A stretch of 64,000 nucleotides of DNA from Paracoccaceae bacterium (lineage in GTDB: Bacteria > Pseudomonadota > Alphaproteobacteria > Rhodobacterales > Rhodobacteraceae). The notes beneath the pieces are model-generated. The model was given only the letters and a program-made list of their open reading frames with translations, made no database searches and was not told the DNA's origin. The translations under genes and the position numbers were made by a program. This document shows positions 1-10,461 of the stretch, in pieces (position 1 is the first letter of the stretch; each line of letters starts with the position of its first letter). The DNA is taken from contig PACC02000043.1 of assembly GCA_002699695.2 (NCBI GenBank), positions 637 through 64,636 on the forward strand. The letters run 5' to 3'.

Positions 1-465
1 TTTTGACCCGACATTATCATATAATTCTTCTGCTTCACGCTTTTGGTTTTCAAAAGCTTTTTGGCTGGTAGCACCTACCAACATCCCATTTTTTTCCAAG
101 TCGCATTCTATTTTTTCATTTTTTATGAAATTGTAGAGATCATTTCGCGCTATAGTACCTTCTTCTATGAGTCTTTTTGCCAAATCCAATCCAAATCTTT
201 TTTTCAAAACCTTGAAACTTGGTTTAATTTTACCGCTCGTTATTCCTCCATTTCTGCTAGAAGCACCATAACCAGGCATTTTGGAATCGATAATGACCAC
301 TTTAAGATTTGCATACAAAAGAGTTAAAGCTGCGCTTAAACCCGTATATCCTGAGCCAACAACAACAACATCAGCATTTGATTGCCAATCTCTTTCTTGA
401 ATTGGGGAAGGTTTTGCATGGAGCCACCAATAGGGTTCAAATGTAATCTCTTGATTTGGTTTCAT
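1..465 (-). CDS. FAD-dependent oxidoreductase (DadA / PuuB-OrdL-like), N-terminal part only; the gene runs off the left edge
   Basis: Not in the ORF track because it is open at the window edge. My reverse-strand translation from the ATG at 465-463 reads MKPNQEITFEPYWWLHAKP...DVVVVGSGYTGLSAALTL...GYGASSRNGG. It has a GxGxxG dinucleotide-binding fold followed by the GASxRNGG motif typical of this family. Confidence 0.75.
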   Translation of the reverse strand, partial: MKPNQEITFEPYWWLHAKPSPIQERDWQSNADVVVVGSGYTGLSAALTLLYANLKVVIIDSKMPGYGASSRNGGITSGKIKPSFKVLKKRFGLDLAKRLIEEGTIARNDLYNFIKNEKIECDLEKNGMLVGATSQKAFENQKREAEELYDNVGSK

Positions 466-597
466 TATCAGAAGTTTATAAATTTTTAAGGTTTGACCCA
501 TCCTATTAGGGTTTTTTGTTCGGAAATGATAGAATGGGAAAAGTCATGTAGTCAAATTTATTTGGTAGTTTTCAAAATATTACTTTAGGAAAGGACT

Positions 598-1521
598 ATG
601 TTTAAATATCTGAAATTAAGAAAGAAGAATGAGGCTTCTTTAGCAAAAGCAATATTACTTGTACTTTTAGGACTTTTTCTTTTGGATATTATGGGAGTAA
701 TCATCAAGTTTATGGGCGAAAAATATTCTGTCTTGCAATACGCTGTAGCTCGAAATGGTTTTGGTTTGTTACCGGTTCTAGTTTTTTTGTTTTATTCTTT
801 TGGGTTTAAAAAGGATAGCGGGCGATTTAATTTAAGAGATAAGGCCATATCGATAAGTAGAGGTTTAAGTATCGTTTTTGCTCAATTTTTCTTTTACCTT
901 TCGCTCATGAAACTTGAGTTTGCGACGGCTACTACACTGGCTTTTGCCAGCCCTATATTCTTGACAGCATTATCCATTGCCATACTTGGAAATGTTGTGG
1001 GACCTTGGAGGTGGTTAGCTGTAGCGATGGGCTTTTTGGGTGTTGTCATAATCATTAGGCCCGGGTCGGATATTTTTACTTATGATGCCTTACTTCCTTT
1101 AGGTGCGGCCTTTGGGTATGCTCTTGCTGGTGTATTGGTAAAATTATTTCCAAAGGAAGTGCATACCGCTAAGATACAGTTCTATACTCAAATGACAACA
1201 TTGATTGCCACTATTTTTATAGCACTTGTAACATTTTCTTTTAGTTTCATAGAGTCCAGTACTGATTTATTTCTTTTGGCAGCCATGGGCATATCCGGTG
1301 GAGTGGGAGTTATATTATTGATCGCTGGTTACCGTATAACAGAACCAAGCATAATAGCACCTTTCGAGTATTTTGCTTTGCCAATATCTTTTGCCCTTGG
1401 GTGGATATTCTTTATGGAATGGCCCTTCGATAGATTGTTTCCCGGTATTTTGGGTATAGTCCTGGGAGGAATGATCATAGCATGGAGAGAAGGTAGAGCG
1501 CGGTATATTAGCGGTAATTGA
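598..1521 (+). CDS. EamA/DMT-family (RhaT-like) membrane transporter
   Basis: 307-aa ORF, about 10 hydrophobic segments, two-EamA-domain pattern. Confidence 0.85.
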   Translation: MFKYLKLRKKNEASLAKAILLVLLGLFLLDIMGVIIKFMGEKYSVLQYAVARNGFGLLPVLVFLFYSFGFKKDSGRFNLRDKAISISRGLSIVFAQFFFYLSLMKLEFATATTLAFASPIFLTALSIAILGNVVGPWRWLAVAMGFLGVVIIIRPGSDIFTYDALLPLGAAFGYALAGVLVKLFPKEVHTAKIQFYTQMTTLIATIFIALVTFSFSFIESSTDLFLLAAMGISGGVGVILLIAGYRITEPSIIAPFEYFALPISFALGWIFFMEWPFDRLFPGILGIVLGGMIIAWREGRARYISGN

Positions 1522-1617
1522 TTATTTCATCAGACAGATTTCTTTAAAGTCGAGACTCGTATAGATTTTAATTCTTTAATGCAACGAATTTGAGAGTTAG
1601 CTATTGTAAGAAAAATT

Positions 1618-2232
1618 TTATATTGACGTCAGTATTCCAAAAAATTCTGGAAATCCATCTAAGACCATTTTGGTCGATAAATAGACCAAAAAAATCAAAC
1701 CAAGCCACGATAACCATGAGTATCTAGTCAGTACATTCATAATAATTGTTGCAAAAAAGGCCATGAACATTATAGCCAAAACTAAACCAAAAATCAAAAG
1801 GGTAGTGTCTTCTCTAGCTATAGCAGCCACCGCTACAACATTATCTATCGACATTGAAACATCAGCTAAAGTAATTGTTACCAATGCACTGAATAGCTGT
1901 TTGGCAGGAGATCCTTGATATGATTTTTGATCAGAGCATACTTCTTTTTTGTCATTTAATTTTCCCTTAAGTTCCTTATAAAATCGCCAACAGACTAAAA
2001 ACAAAAGTAATCCACCAAAGAATAGGATACCGGGGATACTCAATAGAATTGACGCTATAGCTGCAAAAAATATCCTGAAAAAGGCTGCTAGAGCCATGCC
2101 GAGAAAAATCGCCCTTTTCCTAAGTTTTGGTGGTAAGCCTGAGGCTGCCATTCCAATAATAAGGGCGTTATCTCCTGACAAAATTAGGTCAGCAAAAATA
2201 ATCTGGATGATATTTGCAAACTGTTCGGTCAT
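1618..2232 (-). CDS. TerC/YjbE-family integral membrane protein
   Basis: 204-aa ORF with duplicated 'DNALIIG / DNVVAVA' TerC signature segments in a polytopic membrane protein. Confidence 0.85.
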   Translation of the reverse strand: MTEQFANIIQIIFADLILSGDNALIIGMAASGLPPKLRKRAIFLGMALAAFFRIFFAAIASILLSIPGILFFGGLLLFLVCWRFYKELKGKLNDKKEVCSDQKSYQGSPAKQLFSALVTITLADVSMSIDNVVAVAAIAREDTTLLIFGLVLAIMFMAFFATIIMNVLTRYSWLSWLGLIFLVYLSTKMVLDGFPEFFGILTSI

Positions 2233-2305
2233 TTACCTTTTTTGAAAGATTTTTGTTTTTTGTTGGCCCTTATATTATTATTTCAATAATCCGCATAAGG
2301 TTTTC

Positions 2306-3355
2306 CTAAAAGCATTTCAACTCTGGATTTTTTGGTTTTACAGCTTTTCCAATTTTGGCTGATAATTTGATAGCTTCGATCACCAACAAAGTTTTTAATC
2401 CATCCTCTCCAGAGCAAACCGGTTCCTCCTTACCTTGCACCACTGAAATAAAATTGTTCAATTGTGCCGACAGCGGCTGATTTATATTGTTGTCCGTTGG
2501 ACTTTGATTAGATTGAATAGGTTCCCACCAACTTCTTTCATTCAAGCTTTTCCATGACTTCAACTTAGGTAACTCTAGTGATCCATGAGTCCCACCAATC
2601 CAATAGCAGGATTCTTTTTGATTAGGATAAATAGGATTTTCACCTGACGTATGTTCCCAGCTCCACGGCGCCACGATGGTATCTGAAATAGATAATGTGC
2701 CAATGGTTCCATTTTTAAACCTTAGGCTCACTACAGCCGAATCTTCCACTTTCCCTTTTCTATTGGCATTTGATTCGAAACTGTGAACACTCTCTATTTC
2801 TCCAATAAGATATCGCATAAGGTCAATGTCATGAGTTAAGTTTATAAGAACAGGTCCACCGCTAATACTTTTTCGCCAGGAATTAAAATAATCATTAGGC
2901 TTAAACAACCAACACATAGAGTGGCTAGTAACTAGGCGTCCTAATTGACCTGAATCGATTGTATCTTTTGCCTCCCTTATTATTTTATTGTGCCTACGGT
3001 GATGACCAGTTAAGAGGTGGACATTTTTCTTCTTAGCACATTGTACCAGGGATAGAGCACTTTCAGAATCTGATGAGAGTGGTTTCTCAACAAGAATGGG
3101 TATTCCCCGGTCAATGAAATCCAAAGCGTTTTCCACATGTATTGAGTTTGGTGTGGCTATTATGGCTCCATCAGGTATTTGAGTCATTAGTGCTTCTGTG
3201 ACGTTAGAAAAATGTGAAAAACCATTATTTTTGCAAAATTCTATGCTTTCATTACTTGGGTCTACAATGAAATCCAGCTCACACATCTTATTGTTTTGAA
3301 TTACCTGAATGTGTTGTCTACCAGCTAATCCAGCACCAATTACAGCTATTTTCAT
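2306..3355 (-). CDS. Gfo/Idh/MocA-family NAD(P)-dependent oxidoreductase
   Basis: MKIAVIGAGLAGRQH Rossmann N-terminus and EKPL motif. I prefer the ATG at 3355 (GGAGG 9 nt upstream) over the track start at 3379. Confidence 0.85.
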   Translation of the reverse strand: MKIAVIGAGLAGRQHIQVIQNNKMCELDFIVDPSNESIEFCKNNGFSHFSNVTEALMTQIPDGAIIATPNSIHVENALDFIDRGIPILVEKPLSSDSESALSLVQCAKKKNVHLLTGHHRRHNKIIREAKDTIDSGQLGRLVTSHSMCWLFKPNDYFNSWRKSISGGPVLINLTHDIDLMRYLIGEIESVHSFESNANRKGKVEDSAVVSLRFKNGTIGTLSISDTIVAPWSWEHTSGENPIYPNQKESCYWIGGTHGSLELPKLKSWKSLNERSWWEPIQSNQSPTDNNINQPLSAQLNNFISVVQGKEEPVCSGEDGLKTLLVIEAIKLSAKIGKAVKPKNPELKCF

Positions 3356-3531
3356 GTTTTCAAACCTCCAGGGTAACATTTATAATCGATGATCTTAGTT
3401 TCTTATGCGTTCTATCCTGAAAGCTCATTAGGATTAATTTTCATATTGTTTAAAATCAATTTTGAATACTTGGACTTGATAAGCTATAACCCCTCGAGGC
3501 TCAATCTGATTTAATTATTCGAAGAAGAAAT

Positions 3532-5040
3532 ATGAAAAGAAAAAAAACTATATATGATGTTTTTGTAATAGGCGGGGGGATCAATGGATGTGGCATTGCA
3601 AGAGATGCTACAGGAAGGGGATTAAAGGTTTGTTTAGCAGAAATGAGTGATCTGGGAAGTGGAACTTCCTCAGCATCGACTAAACTAATTCATGGAGGAC
3701 TTCGCTATTTAAGGTATTTTGATTTCAGATTAGTTAGAGAATCCCTGAAAGAGCGAGAAGTACTTCTTAAGAACATGCCACATATTTGTTGGCCGATGCG
3801 TTTCGTACTGCCAGCTCCAAAGGCTATGCTTCAGAAAATGGTCATCAGGTTGGGACTGTTCATCTACGATAATTTGGGAGGTCGTACTATTCTGCCAGGG
3901 ACCAAAACTATAAGAGCCAGGGATCCCAATCTAGGTACTATTTTAAGGAATAAGTTCTCTTCTGCATTTGTTTTTTCAGATTGTTGGGTTGAAGATGCAA
4001 GATTGGTGATACTGAATGCAGTTGATGCAAAAAAAAGAGGTGCTCAGGTATTAACCCATACAAAGGTAAAGAGCATAAAAAGAGAGGAAAAATATTGGAA
4101 AGTTACGACTGAGAGTAAAGTAGGAATTACTAAGGAATTTTTTTCATATTCAATTGTAAATGCAGCAGGACCATGGGTAAATGCTTTTAACAATAATATT
4201 TCAAAAGAGAATACTTCAATTCACTTGGTGAAAGGTAGCCATATTGTCGTCAAGAAAATGTTTGAACATAAAAATTCTTATTTTCTTTTGGGACAAGATG
4301 GAAGGATTATTTTTGTAATTCCTTTTCAGGAGGATTTCACTCTAATTGGAACTACAGAAAAGCCCCATGATGATATATCTCGGGAACCAACTTGTTCAAA
4401 AGAAGAGAAGAAATATTTGATTGAATTCGCCAATAGTTACTTTAATTCGAATTTAGACTTGGAAAGCGTTGTTTGGAGCTATTCGGGAGTTAGATCACTT
4501 TACAAAAATTTGACCGATAACCAAGGTTCAATGTCCTCCATTACTCGTGATTACATGCTACATGTGGAATTAATTAATGAGCTGCCCATTCTGACTGTTT
4601 ATGGTGGAAAATTAACTACATATCGCAAATTAGCAGAAAATGTACTTTTCAAAATGAAGTCTTATTTTCCAAAGATGGGAGAATCTTGGACCTCAGAAGA
4701 ACCGCTCCCAGGAGGAAACTTTAAACTAAATGAAAAAGCTCGTCTTGTTAAAGAGCTGCGAGAAAAGTATTCTTTCTTGGACGAAAAGTGGTCAACTAGA
4801 TTGATAAATAGTTACGGCACTCTTTGCGACGGTTTACTAGGAGATTCCAAGACTAAGGAAGATCTGGGCATCGATTTTGGTCATTCATTGACTGAAAAAG
4901 AAGTTAAGTGGTTAATCGAGAAGGAGTTTGCTAGTTGTGAGGAAGACATACTTTGGAGAAGAACGAAGTTAGGCCTGAGATTTACTAAAAAGCAAGAAAA
5001 AAAATTATCTGAATGGTTCCAAAACAATCTCTCAATGTAA
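3532..5040 (+). CDS. glpD: FAD-dependent glycerol-3-phosphate dehydrogenase
   Basis: 502 aa; [21 protein letters not shown] fold and [15 protein letters not shown] motif; sits directly upstream of glpK. Confidence 0.9.
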   Translation: MKRKKTIYDVFVIGGGINGCGIARDATGRGLKVCLAEMSDLGSGTSSASTKLIHGGLRYLRYFDFRLVRESLKEREVLLKNMPHICWPMRFVLPAPKAMLQKMVIRLGLFIYDNLGGRTILPGTKTIRARDPNLGTILRNKFSSAFVFSDCWVEDARLVILNAVDAKKRGAQVLTHTKVKSIKREEKYWKVTTESKVGITKEFFSYSIVNAAGPWVNAFNNNISKENTSIHLVKGSHIVVKKMFEHKNSYFLLGQDGRIIFVIPFQEDFTLIGTTEKPHDDISREPTCSKEEKKYLIEFANSYFNSNLDLESVVWSYSGVRSLYKNLTDNQGSMSSITRDYMLHVELINELPILTVYGGKLTTYRKLAENVLFKMKSYFPKMGESWTSEEPLPGGNFKLNEKARLVKELREKYSFLDEKWSTRLINSYGTLCDGLLGDSKTKEDLGIDFGHSLTEKEVKWLIEKEFASCEEDILWRRTKLGLRFTKKQEKKLSEWFQNNLSM

Positions 5041-5066
5041 CTATTATAAAAATTGGAGAAGCAAGA

Positions 5067-6548
5067 ATGTCTTACATAGTCGCAATTGATCAAGGAACCA
5101 CTTCAACTAGGTCTATCTTATTTGATAGAAATATGAAGGCAGTAAGTGTATCTCAGAGAGAATTTAAACAATATTTTCCTAAATCAGGATGGGTGGAACA
5201 CGACCCTAATGATCTATGGAACACAACAGTACTGACATTTAAGGAAATTTTGGAAAAATCAGGCCTTTCTGCGGGGAAGGTTGCTGCAATAGGAATTACT
5301 AACCAAAGGGAAACCACATTAGTCTGGGATCGTAAAACAGGGCATTGCCTATCAAACGCAATAGTTTGGCAGGATAGGAGAACAAGTGAATTTTGCAAAG
5401 AATTAAGAGAGAAGTCTAATGAGGATATGATCATAAGAAAGACAGGTCTTTTGTTAGATCCTTATTTTTCTTCTACAAAGCTCAATTGGTTATTGAATAA
5501 TATTCCAGATGGAATGGCTAGAGCAAAAAATAGAGAGTTAATTTTTGGTACTGTAGACACATATTTGATCTGGAAATTAACTGGAGGGCGTTCGCACGTT
5601 ACAGACGCCACTAATGCAGCGAGAACAATGTTGTTCAATATCCAGGATAATCATTGGGATGAGGAAATTTGTGATTTAATGGATGTACCAGTGAGCATGC
5701 TGCCAAAAGTTTTAGATTGTTCGGACAATTTTGGTGAAGTAGATGAAAGTATTTTTGGTGCAAGGATTCCAATCCTAGGGGTAGCTGGAGACCAGCAGGC
5801 CGCTACACTGGGTCAAGCCTGTTTTAAACCAGGTATGATAAAATCTACTTATGGGACGGGTTGTTTTTCTCTCATTAATACAGGAGCTCAAATGATTAAG
5901 AGTACTAATAAGATGTTAACCACCATAGCATACAGACTTGATGGTAAAACAACTTATGCTTTGGAAGGATCTATTTTTGTGGCAGGTGCAGTGGTACAGT
6001 GGTTACGAGATGAAATGAAATTCCTAAGAGCTGCTGAAGAAAGTGATGATTTTGCTACAGCCGCTGACCCAGATCAACGAATATATTTTGTTCCTGCCTT
6101 CACCGGATTAGGAGCACCATATTGGAATCCAGATGTAAGAGGTGCTATTTTTGGTCTAAATAGGAATACGGGACCAGAGGAATTAGTTAAATCTGCTCTT
6201 GAAAGTATTGCTTACCAGTCTTTAGATCTCATAAAAGCAATGAAATCAGATTTTAGATCTTCAAAAGAGGATATTGTATTGAGAGTGGATGGTGGTATGG
6301 CGGCATCCGATTGGACTATGCAGTATTTATCTAACATCATTCAAGCACCAGTCGATCGTCCAAAGTTTCTTGAAACGACCGCCTTAGGGGTAGCTTGGTT
6401 AGCAGGGATGAAGACTGGTATTTATCCAGATAAGTTGGGTTTCTCAAAGCAATTGGAGACTGACAAAAGATTTACTCCTAATCTTCCACCAAAAGATGCT
6501 GATTCTTTATATAAAGGATGGCAGCGGGCAGTTTCAAGCATTCTTTGA
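5067..6548 (+). CDS. glpK: glycerol kinase
   Basis: [16 protein letters not shown]..., [15 protein letters not shown] and FGGY-family sugar kinase motifs. The ATG at 5067 has GGAG upstream. The track start at 5013 would overlap glpD. Confidence 0.95.
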   Translation: MSYIVAIDQGTTSTRSILFDRNMKAVSVSQREFKQYFPKSGWVEHDPNDLWNTTVLTFKEILEKSGLSAGKVAAIGITNQRETTLVWDRKTGHCLSNAIVWQDRRTSEFCKELREKSNEDMIIRKTGLLLDPYFSSTKLNWLLNNIPDGMARAKNRELIFGTVDTYLIWKLTGGRSHVTDATNAARTMLFNIQDNHWDEEICDLMDVPVSMLPKVLDCSDNFGEVDESIFGARIPILGVAGDQQAATLGQACFKPGMIKSTYGTGCFSLINTGAQMIKSTNKMLTTIAYRLDGKTTYALEGSIFVAGAVVQWLRDEMKFLRAAEESDDFATAADPDQRIYFVPAFTGLGAPYWNPDVRGAIFGLNRNTGPEELVKSALESIAYQSLDLIKAMKSDFRSSKEDIVLRVDGGMAASDWTMQYLSNIIQAPVDRPKFLETTALGVAWLAGMKTGIYPDKLGFSKQLETDKRFTPNLPPKDADSLYKGWQRAVSSIL

Positions 6549-6692
6549 AAATCCTAAATAATCTTTTTTAATAATAAATTAGCAACTAATTAATTGGGTG
6601 TTTTTATTTCTCTTCCAAATATTTTTGAAAGAGCATGCCAATCATTTTTTAACAAAGATGGATTAAAAAAGTTGGAAATTTTAGTACTCCTT

Positions 6693-6707
6693 TTGGGATA
6701 TTCCCAA
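6693..6707. promoter_or_regulatory. perfect 6-bp inverted repeat TTGGGA-TAT-TCCCAA in the long leader of the liv-type operon (candidate operator or small hairpin)
   Basis: Read directly from the sequence. No known regulator consensus is assigned. Confidence 0.2.
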
Positions 6708-6916
6708 TAAACTAGTCCAATACCCTAATTTTGAGTTGAAGGAATAATGAAAAGACATTAATGAATGACGTTGACTATAGGCTTTTTTTGCCCTCTTCTA
6801 GGAATACATGAGGACCTTTTCATGTTCATTACTAATTTAGTCCTTAGGTATAGGTTACTTGATAGTCTTCACTGAAAAACCACAAAATATGTTTTAACCA
6901 AAGTAGGGAGTTTCTT

Positions 6917-7690
6917 GTGTCTAAATTAGCATTGAAGGTTCAAGATTTGGTGAAACATTATGGTGGTCTCCAGGCTGTACGTGGCATTAGTTTTGAAGTT
7001 CCTGTTGGGGGAATATTTGGTCTTATTGGGCCTAATGGTGCTGGTAAAACAACCACATTCAACATGATTGCGGGATCTGAAATTCCAACTAGTGGGAAAA
7101 TTTTTTTATATGATTCAGATATAACAGGATTTTCCACTCATAAATTATATGAATTAGGGCTTATCAGAACTTTTCAATTAAGCCATGAGTACAAAAAAAT
7201 GACCGTTTTAGAGAATCTGATGGTAGCTGGTTCTAATCAGCTTGGAGAAAATATTTTTAGCACATGGTTTTCAAGTGAAAAGGTTAAGTTTCGAGAAAAA
7301 GAAGTATTTGAAAGAGCATTAGAAAGTTTGGAATTTCTGGGTTTGATCAAGTTAGCAGATGAATTAGCAGGAAATCTTTCTGGTGGTCAGAAAAAACTGT
7401 TGGAGCTTGGGCGAACGATGATGACAGATGCTAAGCTTGTTTTACTTGATGAGCCTGGTGCGGGAGTAAATCCAACTCTTATGTTGAAAATAATTGATAT
7501 GATAAGGCGATTGAACAAAGAGAGGGGTTACACATTTTGTATCATTGAACATGATATGGATTTGGTAGCAGACCTATGTCAAAAAATTGTAGTTTTGTCC
7601 GAGGGGCAAGTTCTTACTGAAGGAACAATGTCGGAAGTAAGAGATGATGATAGAGTTATTCAGGCTTATTTTGGAGGTGGAACAGGCTAA
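6917..7690 (+). CDS. livG: branched-chain/hydrophobic amino acid ABC transporter, ATP-binding protein (LivG-like)
   Basis: GTG start with GGGAG upstream; Walker A GPNGAGKTT, LSGGQKK signature, LLDEP Walker B. Confidence 0.9.
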   Translation: MSKLALKVQDLVKHYGGLQAVRGISFEVPVGGIFGLIGPNGAGKTTTFNMIAGSEIPTSGKIFLYDSDITGFSTHKLYELGLIRTFQLSHEYKKMTVLENLMVAGSNQLGENIFSTWFSSEKVKFREKEVFERALESLEFLGLIKLADELAGNLSGGQKKLLELGRTMMTDAKLVLLDEPGAGVNPTLMLKIIDMIRRLNKERGYTFCIIEHDMDLVADLCQKIVVLSEGQVLTEGTMSEVRDDDRVIQAYFGGGTG

Positions 7691-8415
7691 TGTTGCGAAA
7701 CAGAATTTTGGCTGTCGAAAATTTATTCGCTGGATATGGAGAGACAGAGATTCTTCATGATATAAATATTGAAGTTGCAGGTCATGAGATAGTTTCCATT
7801 ATTGGACCTAATGGTGCTGGTAAGTCCACTGTTATGAAGGCTATTCTTGGTATTTTAAATATTAATAGGGGTAGTATTTTTTTGGAATCAAAGCAAATCA
7901 CGGGGGTTAAACCAAGTGATGTAGTTAAATTAGGTGTTGGATATGTTCCACAGACAGACAATGTTTTTGTTAGTCTGACCGTACAGGAAAATCTTGAAAT
8001 GGGAGCTTGGACGCTGAGGTCTGGATTAGAAAATAAATTTGATGAGATGTATACGTTGTTTCCTGACTTGAGTGATAAAAGGTTCCAGGCAGCAGGCCAA
8101 CTATCAGGAGGACAAAGACAAATGGTAGCTATGGCGAAAGCGTTAATGCTGGACGCAAAAATTCTTCTCCTTGATGAGCCCACTGCCGGGTTGTCCCCAA
8201 AATTTAGACACGAGATTTTTAGCACTATCCAAAGGATTAACGAGAGTGGGATGCCTATATTAATGGTTGAGCAAAATGCGAAACAGGCATTACAAATTTC
8301 TCACAGAGGATATGTATTAGTTGATGGATCAAACAGGCACACTGGTACAGGAATAGGATTATCATCTGATCCTGAAGTTGCCAGGATGTTTTTGGGTTCA
8401 AGGGGATCGGTTTAA
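7690..8415 (+). CDS. livF: branched-chain/hydrophobic amino acid ABC transporter, ATP-binding protein (LivF-like)
   Basis: GPNGAGKST, LSGGQRQM, LLLDEP. The ATG overlaps the livG stop (TAATG). Confidence 0.9.
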   Translation: MLRNRILAVENLFAGYGETEILHDINIEVAGHEIVSIIGPNGAGKSTVMKAILGILNINRGSIFLESKQITGVKPSDVVKLGVGYVPQTDNVFVSLTVQENLEMGAWTLRSGLENKFDEMYTLFPDLSDKRFQAAGQLSGGQRQMVAMAKALMLDAKILLLDEPTAGLSPKFRHEIFSTIQRINESGMPILMVEQNAKQALQISHRGYVLVDGSNRHTGTGIGLSSDPEVARMFLGSRGSV

Positions 8416-8416
8416 A

Positions 8417-9364
8417 ATGTGGGAAAGCTTTGGTTTTGAGTTCATTAATTTCTATTTTATTCCAGGATTAGTCCTAGGCTGCATTTATGCCCTTGGCGCT
8501 ATTGGTATTACGCTTACTTTTGGAATATTAAGATTCGCGAATTTTTCTCATGGCGAAATTATGATGACTAGCTCTTATTTGACTTGGGAATTCATTATGA
8601 TATTTACTTCTCTAGGAATCTTAGCTCATCCTCTTATTGGTGCCATTCCAGCAAGTATCTGTGCGATTTTATTAGCACTTTTTGTGGATAGATTTTTTTA
8701 TAAACCTTTTAGAAATGCTCCTACGATTATGATAGTGATTGCTAGTTTTGGTATGATGCTGATAATTCGAAGTATGGTTCAAGTGATTTGGGGACCTAAT
8801 CAGCTCACATTTGTAAAAGGTATTGCTAAGCCCAACGCATACATAAGGGATTTAACCGCCTCCTTTGATTTCATGCTATTAATACCCAACAAACATTTCT
8901 CCATTTTGATTGGAACTGTTTTGATCATGCTTTTGTTCAATTATCTTTTATCTAGTACAAAGATTGGGAAGGGAATGCGTGCGGTCTCAGATAACCCTGA
9001 TTTGGCTAAGGTATCTGGAATAGATGTTGAAAACATTATAAAGGCAACTTGGATAGTCGGTGGGTTTTGTGCAGCAGCAGCAGGTGTTTTCTTAGCTATG
9101 GATACACAGTTTATAGAAAGTACAATGGGTTTTCGAATGTTGCTGCCAATGTTTGCTGCTGCAATTCTAGGTGGAATTGGAAGACCCTTTGGTGCTGTTG
9201 CAGGGGGTCTTATAATAGGTTTGGCTGAAGAGTTGTCAGCTTACCCTTGGTTTGGGGATGGGCCAGTTATAAGTCCTGGTTATAAAAGTGGAGTGGCATT
9301 TTCTATTATGGTTTTGATGTTAATAATAAAACCGAGTGGCCTTTTTAAAGGAAAAGTGTTTTAG
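8417..9364 (+). CDS. livH: ABC transporter permease (LivH-like)
   Basis: Polytopic; YALGAIGITLTFGILRFANFSHGE is typical of LivH. The ATG at 8417 lies just after the livF stop. Confidence 0.85.
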   Translation: MWESFGFEFINFYFIPGLVLGCIYALGAIGITLTFGILRFANFSHGEIMMTSSYLTWEFIMIFTSLGILAHPLIGAIPASICAILLALFVDRFFYKPFRNAPTIMIVIASFGMMLIIRSMVQVIWGPNQLTFVKGIAKPNAYIRDLTASFDFMLLIPNKHFSILIGTVLIMLLFNYLLSSTKIGKGMRAVSDNPDLAKVSGIDVENIIKATWIVGGFCAAAAGVFLAMDTQFIESTMGFRMLLPMFAAAILGGIGRPFGAVAGGLIIGLAEELSAYPWFGDGPVISPGYKSGVAFSIMVLMLIIKPSGLFKGKVF

Positions 9365-9366
9365 GC

Positions 9367-10434
9367 ATGGATATAATTCTTGGATATTTTTTATATGGGA
9401 TGTCACTTTTAACGGTTGGGGGCATTTATGCTCTTCTTGCATTAGGGTTGAATGTGCAATGGGGATTTGCAGGTTTATTTAATGCGGGGATTGCCGGTTT
9501 TGCTGCAATAGGAGCTTATACTTATGCAATACTAACGACTGCTGAAAGTAAATTTCACTACGGGGGATTAGAATTGCCACTTTTGGTGGGTGATGTGATG
9601 GCCATGGTTCTTGCTGGGTTCATAGCAGGAGTAATAGGTTTAATATGTATCAGGTTGAGGGCGGATTATTTAGCAATAGCAACAATCGGCATTGCAGAGA
9701 TCATTAAATTAGTTTTAAAAAACGAGAGTGATATTACAAATGGACCCAGAGGTATTAATAAGATACCAAGGACATGGGAACATTTTTCGGAAGAACGATT
9801 TTATAGCAGCTTTCCGTTAAATGTCATTAATTCATCAGATAGTTGGCAAAGTTTTTTCGAGAGCATTGCTAGATGGTGGTGGCAACCTTTTTTTGCTGGA
9901 ACTATTATTCTTATAGTTTTATTCACATATTTTTTGCTCGAAAAATTACGAACTTCCCCTTGGGGAAGAATGATGACAGCAATTAGGGAAAATGAAATGG
10001 CTGCTGCAGCTGCAGGAAAAGATGTGACAAGGAGAAGGATCGAGGCTTTTATTTTAGGAGCCTTAATTATGGGTTTAGCTGGAGCTTTTCTGGGACAACA
10101 TTTGAGACTGATAGAGCCTACCCAGACATTTGATCCTAGTAAGATGACATTTTTAGTCTGGGTCATGTTAATAGCAGGAGGGTCTGGAAACAATAAAGGG
10201 GCCATTCTTGGAGCCTTCTTAATTTGGTTTGTTTGGTCTAGTAGTGAATTAGTTACTAATGGAATGATTGAAATACTTGCAAGTATCTTCGATAGCGTTG
10301 ATATTAGTATCTTAAAGAATCGCGCAGGATTTATAAGAATGCTTTTTATTGGTCTTTTGTTACAGATTATTCTGCAGCGTTATCCTAAAGGAATATTACC
10401 AGAAAAAAGACCCGCAGTTTCTGGTAAAATATGA
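9367..10434 (+). CDS. livM: ABC transporter permease (LivM-like)
   Basis: Polytopic; YALLALGLNVQWGFAGLFNAG and RADYLAIATIG motifs. Confidence 0.85.
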   Translation: MDIILGYFLYGMSLLTVGGIYALLALGLNVQWGFAGLFNAGIAGFAAIGAYTYAILTTAESKFHYGGLELPLLVGDVMAMVLAGFIAGVIGLICIRLRADYLAIATIGIAEIIKLVLKNESDITNGPRGINKIPRTWEHFSEERFYSSFPLNVINSSDSWQSFFESIARWWWQPFFAGTIILIVLFTYFLLEKLRTSPWGRMMTAIRENEMAAAAAGKDVTRRRIEAFILGALIMGLAGAFLGQHLRLIEPTQTFDPSKMTFLVWVMLIAGGSGNNKGAILGAFLIWFVWSSSELVTNGMIEILASIFDSVDISILKNRAGFIRMLFIGLLLQIILQRYPKGILPEKRPAVSGKI

Positions 10435-10461
10435 AAGTTAGTGGGTTAAGGGAGATATCTT

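Noticed and set aside
43-327. 94-aa plus-strand ORF from the track
   Set aside because: It lies entirely antisense to a well-supported FAD-dependent oxidoreductase reading frame (1-465, minus). The sequence is low-complexity and Phe/Ser-rich, with no motif.
2233-2305. Possible yybP-ykoY (Mn2+) riboswitch upstream of the TerC-family gene
   Set aside because: The gap is only 73 nt and lacks the conserved GGGGAGUAG-type core. It is too short and shows no match.
6765-6875. 36-codon Leu-rich small ORF (MTLTIGFFCPLLGIHEDLFMFITNLVLRYRLLDSLH) in the liv leader, considered as a possible attenuation leader peptide
   Set aside because: It has no Shine-Dalgarno sequence, no run of consecutive regulatory Leu/Ile/Val codons, and no terminator/antiterminator hairpin with a T-tract after its stop.
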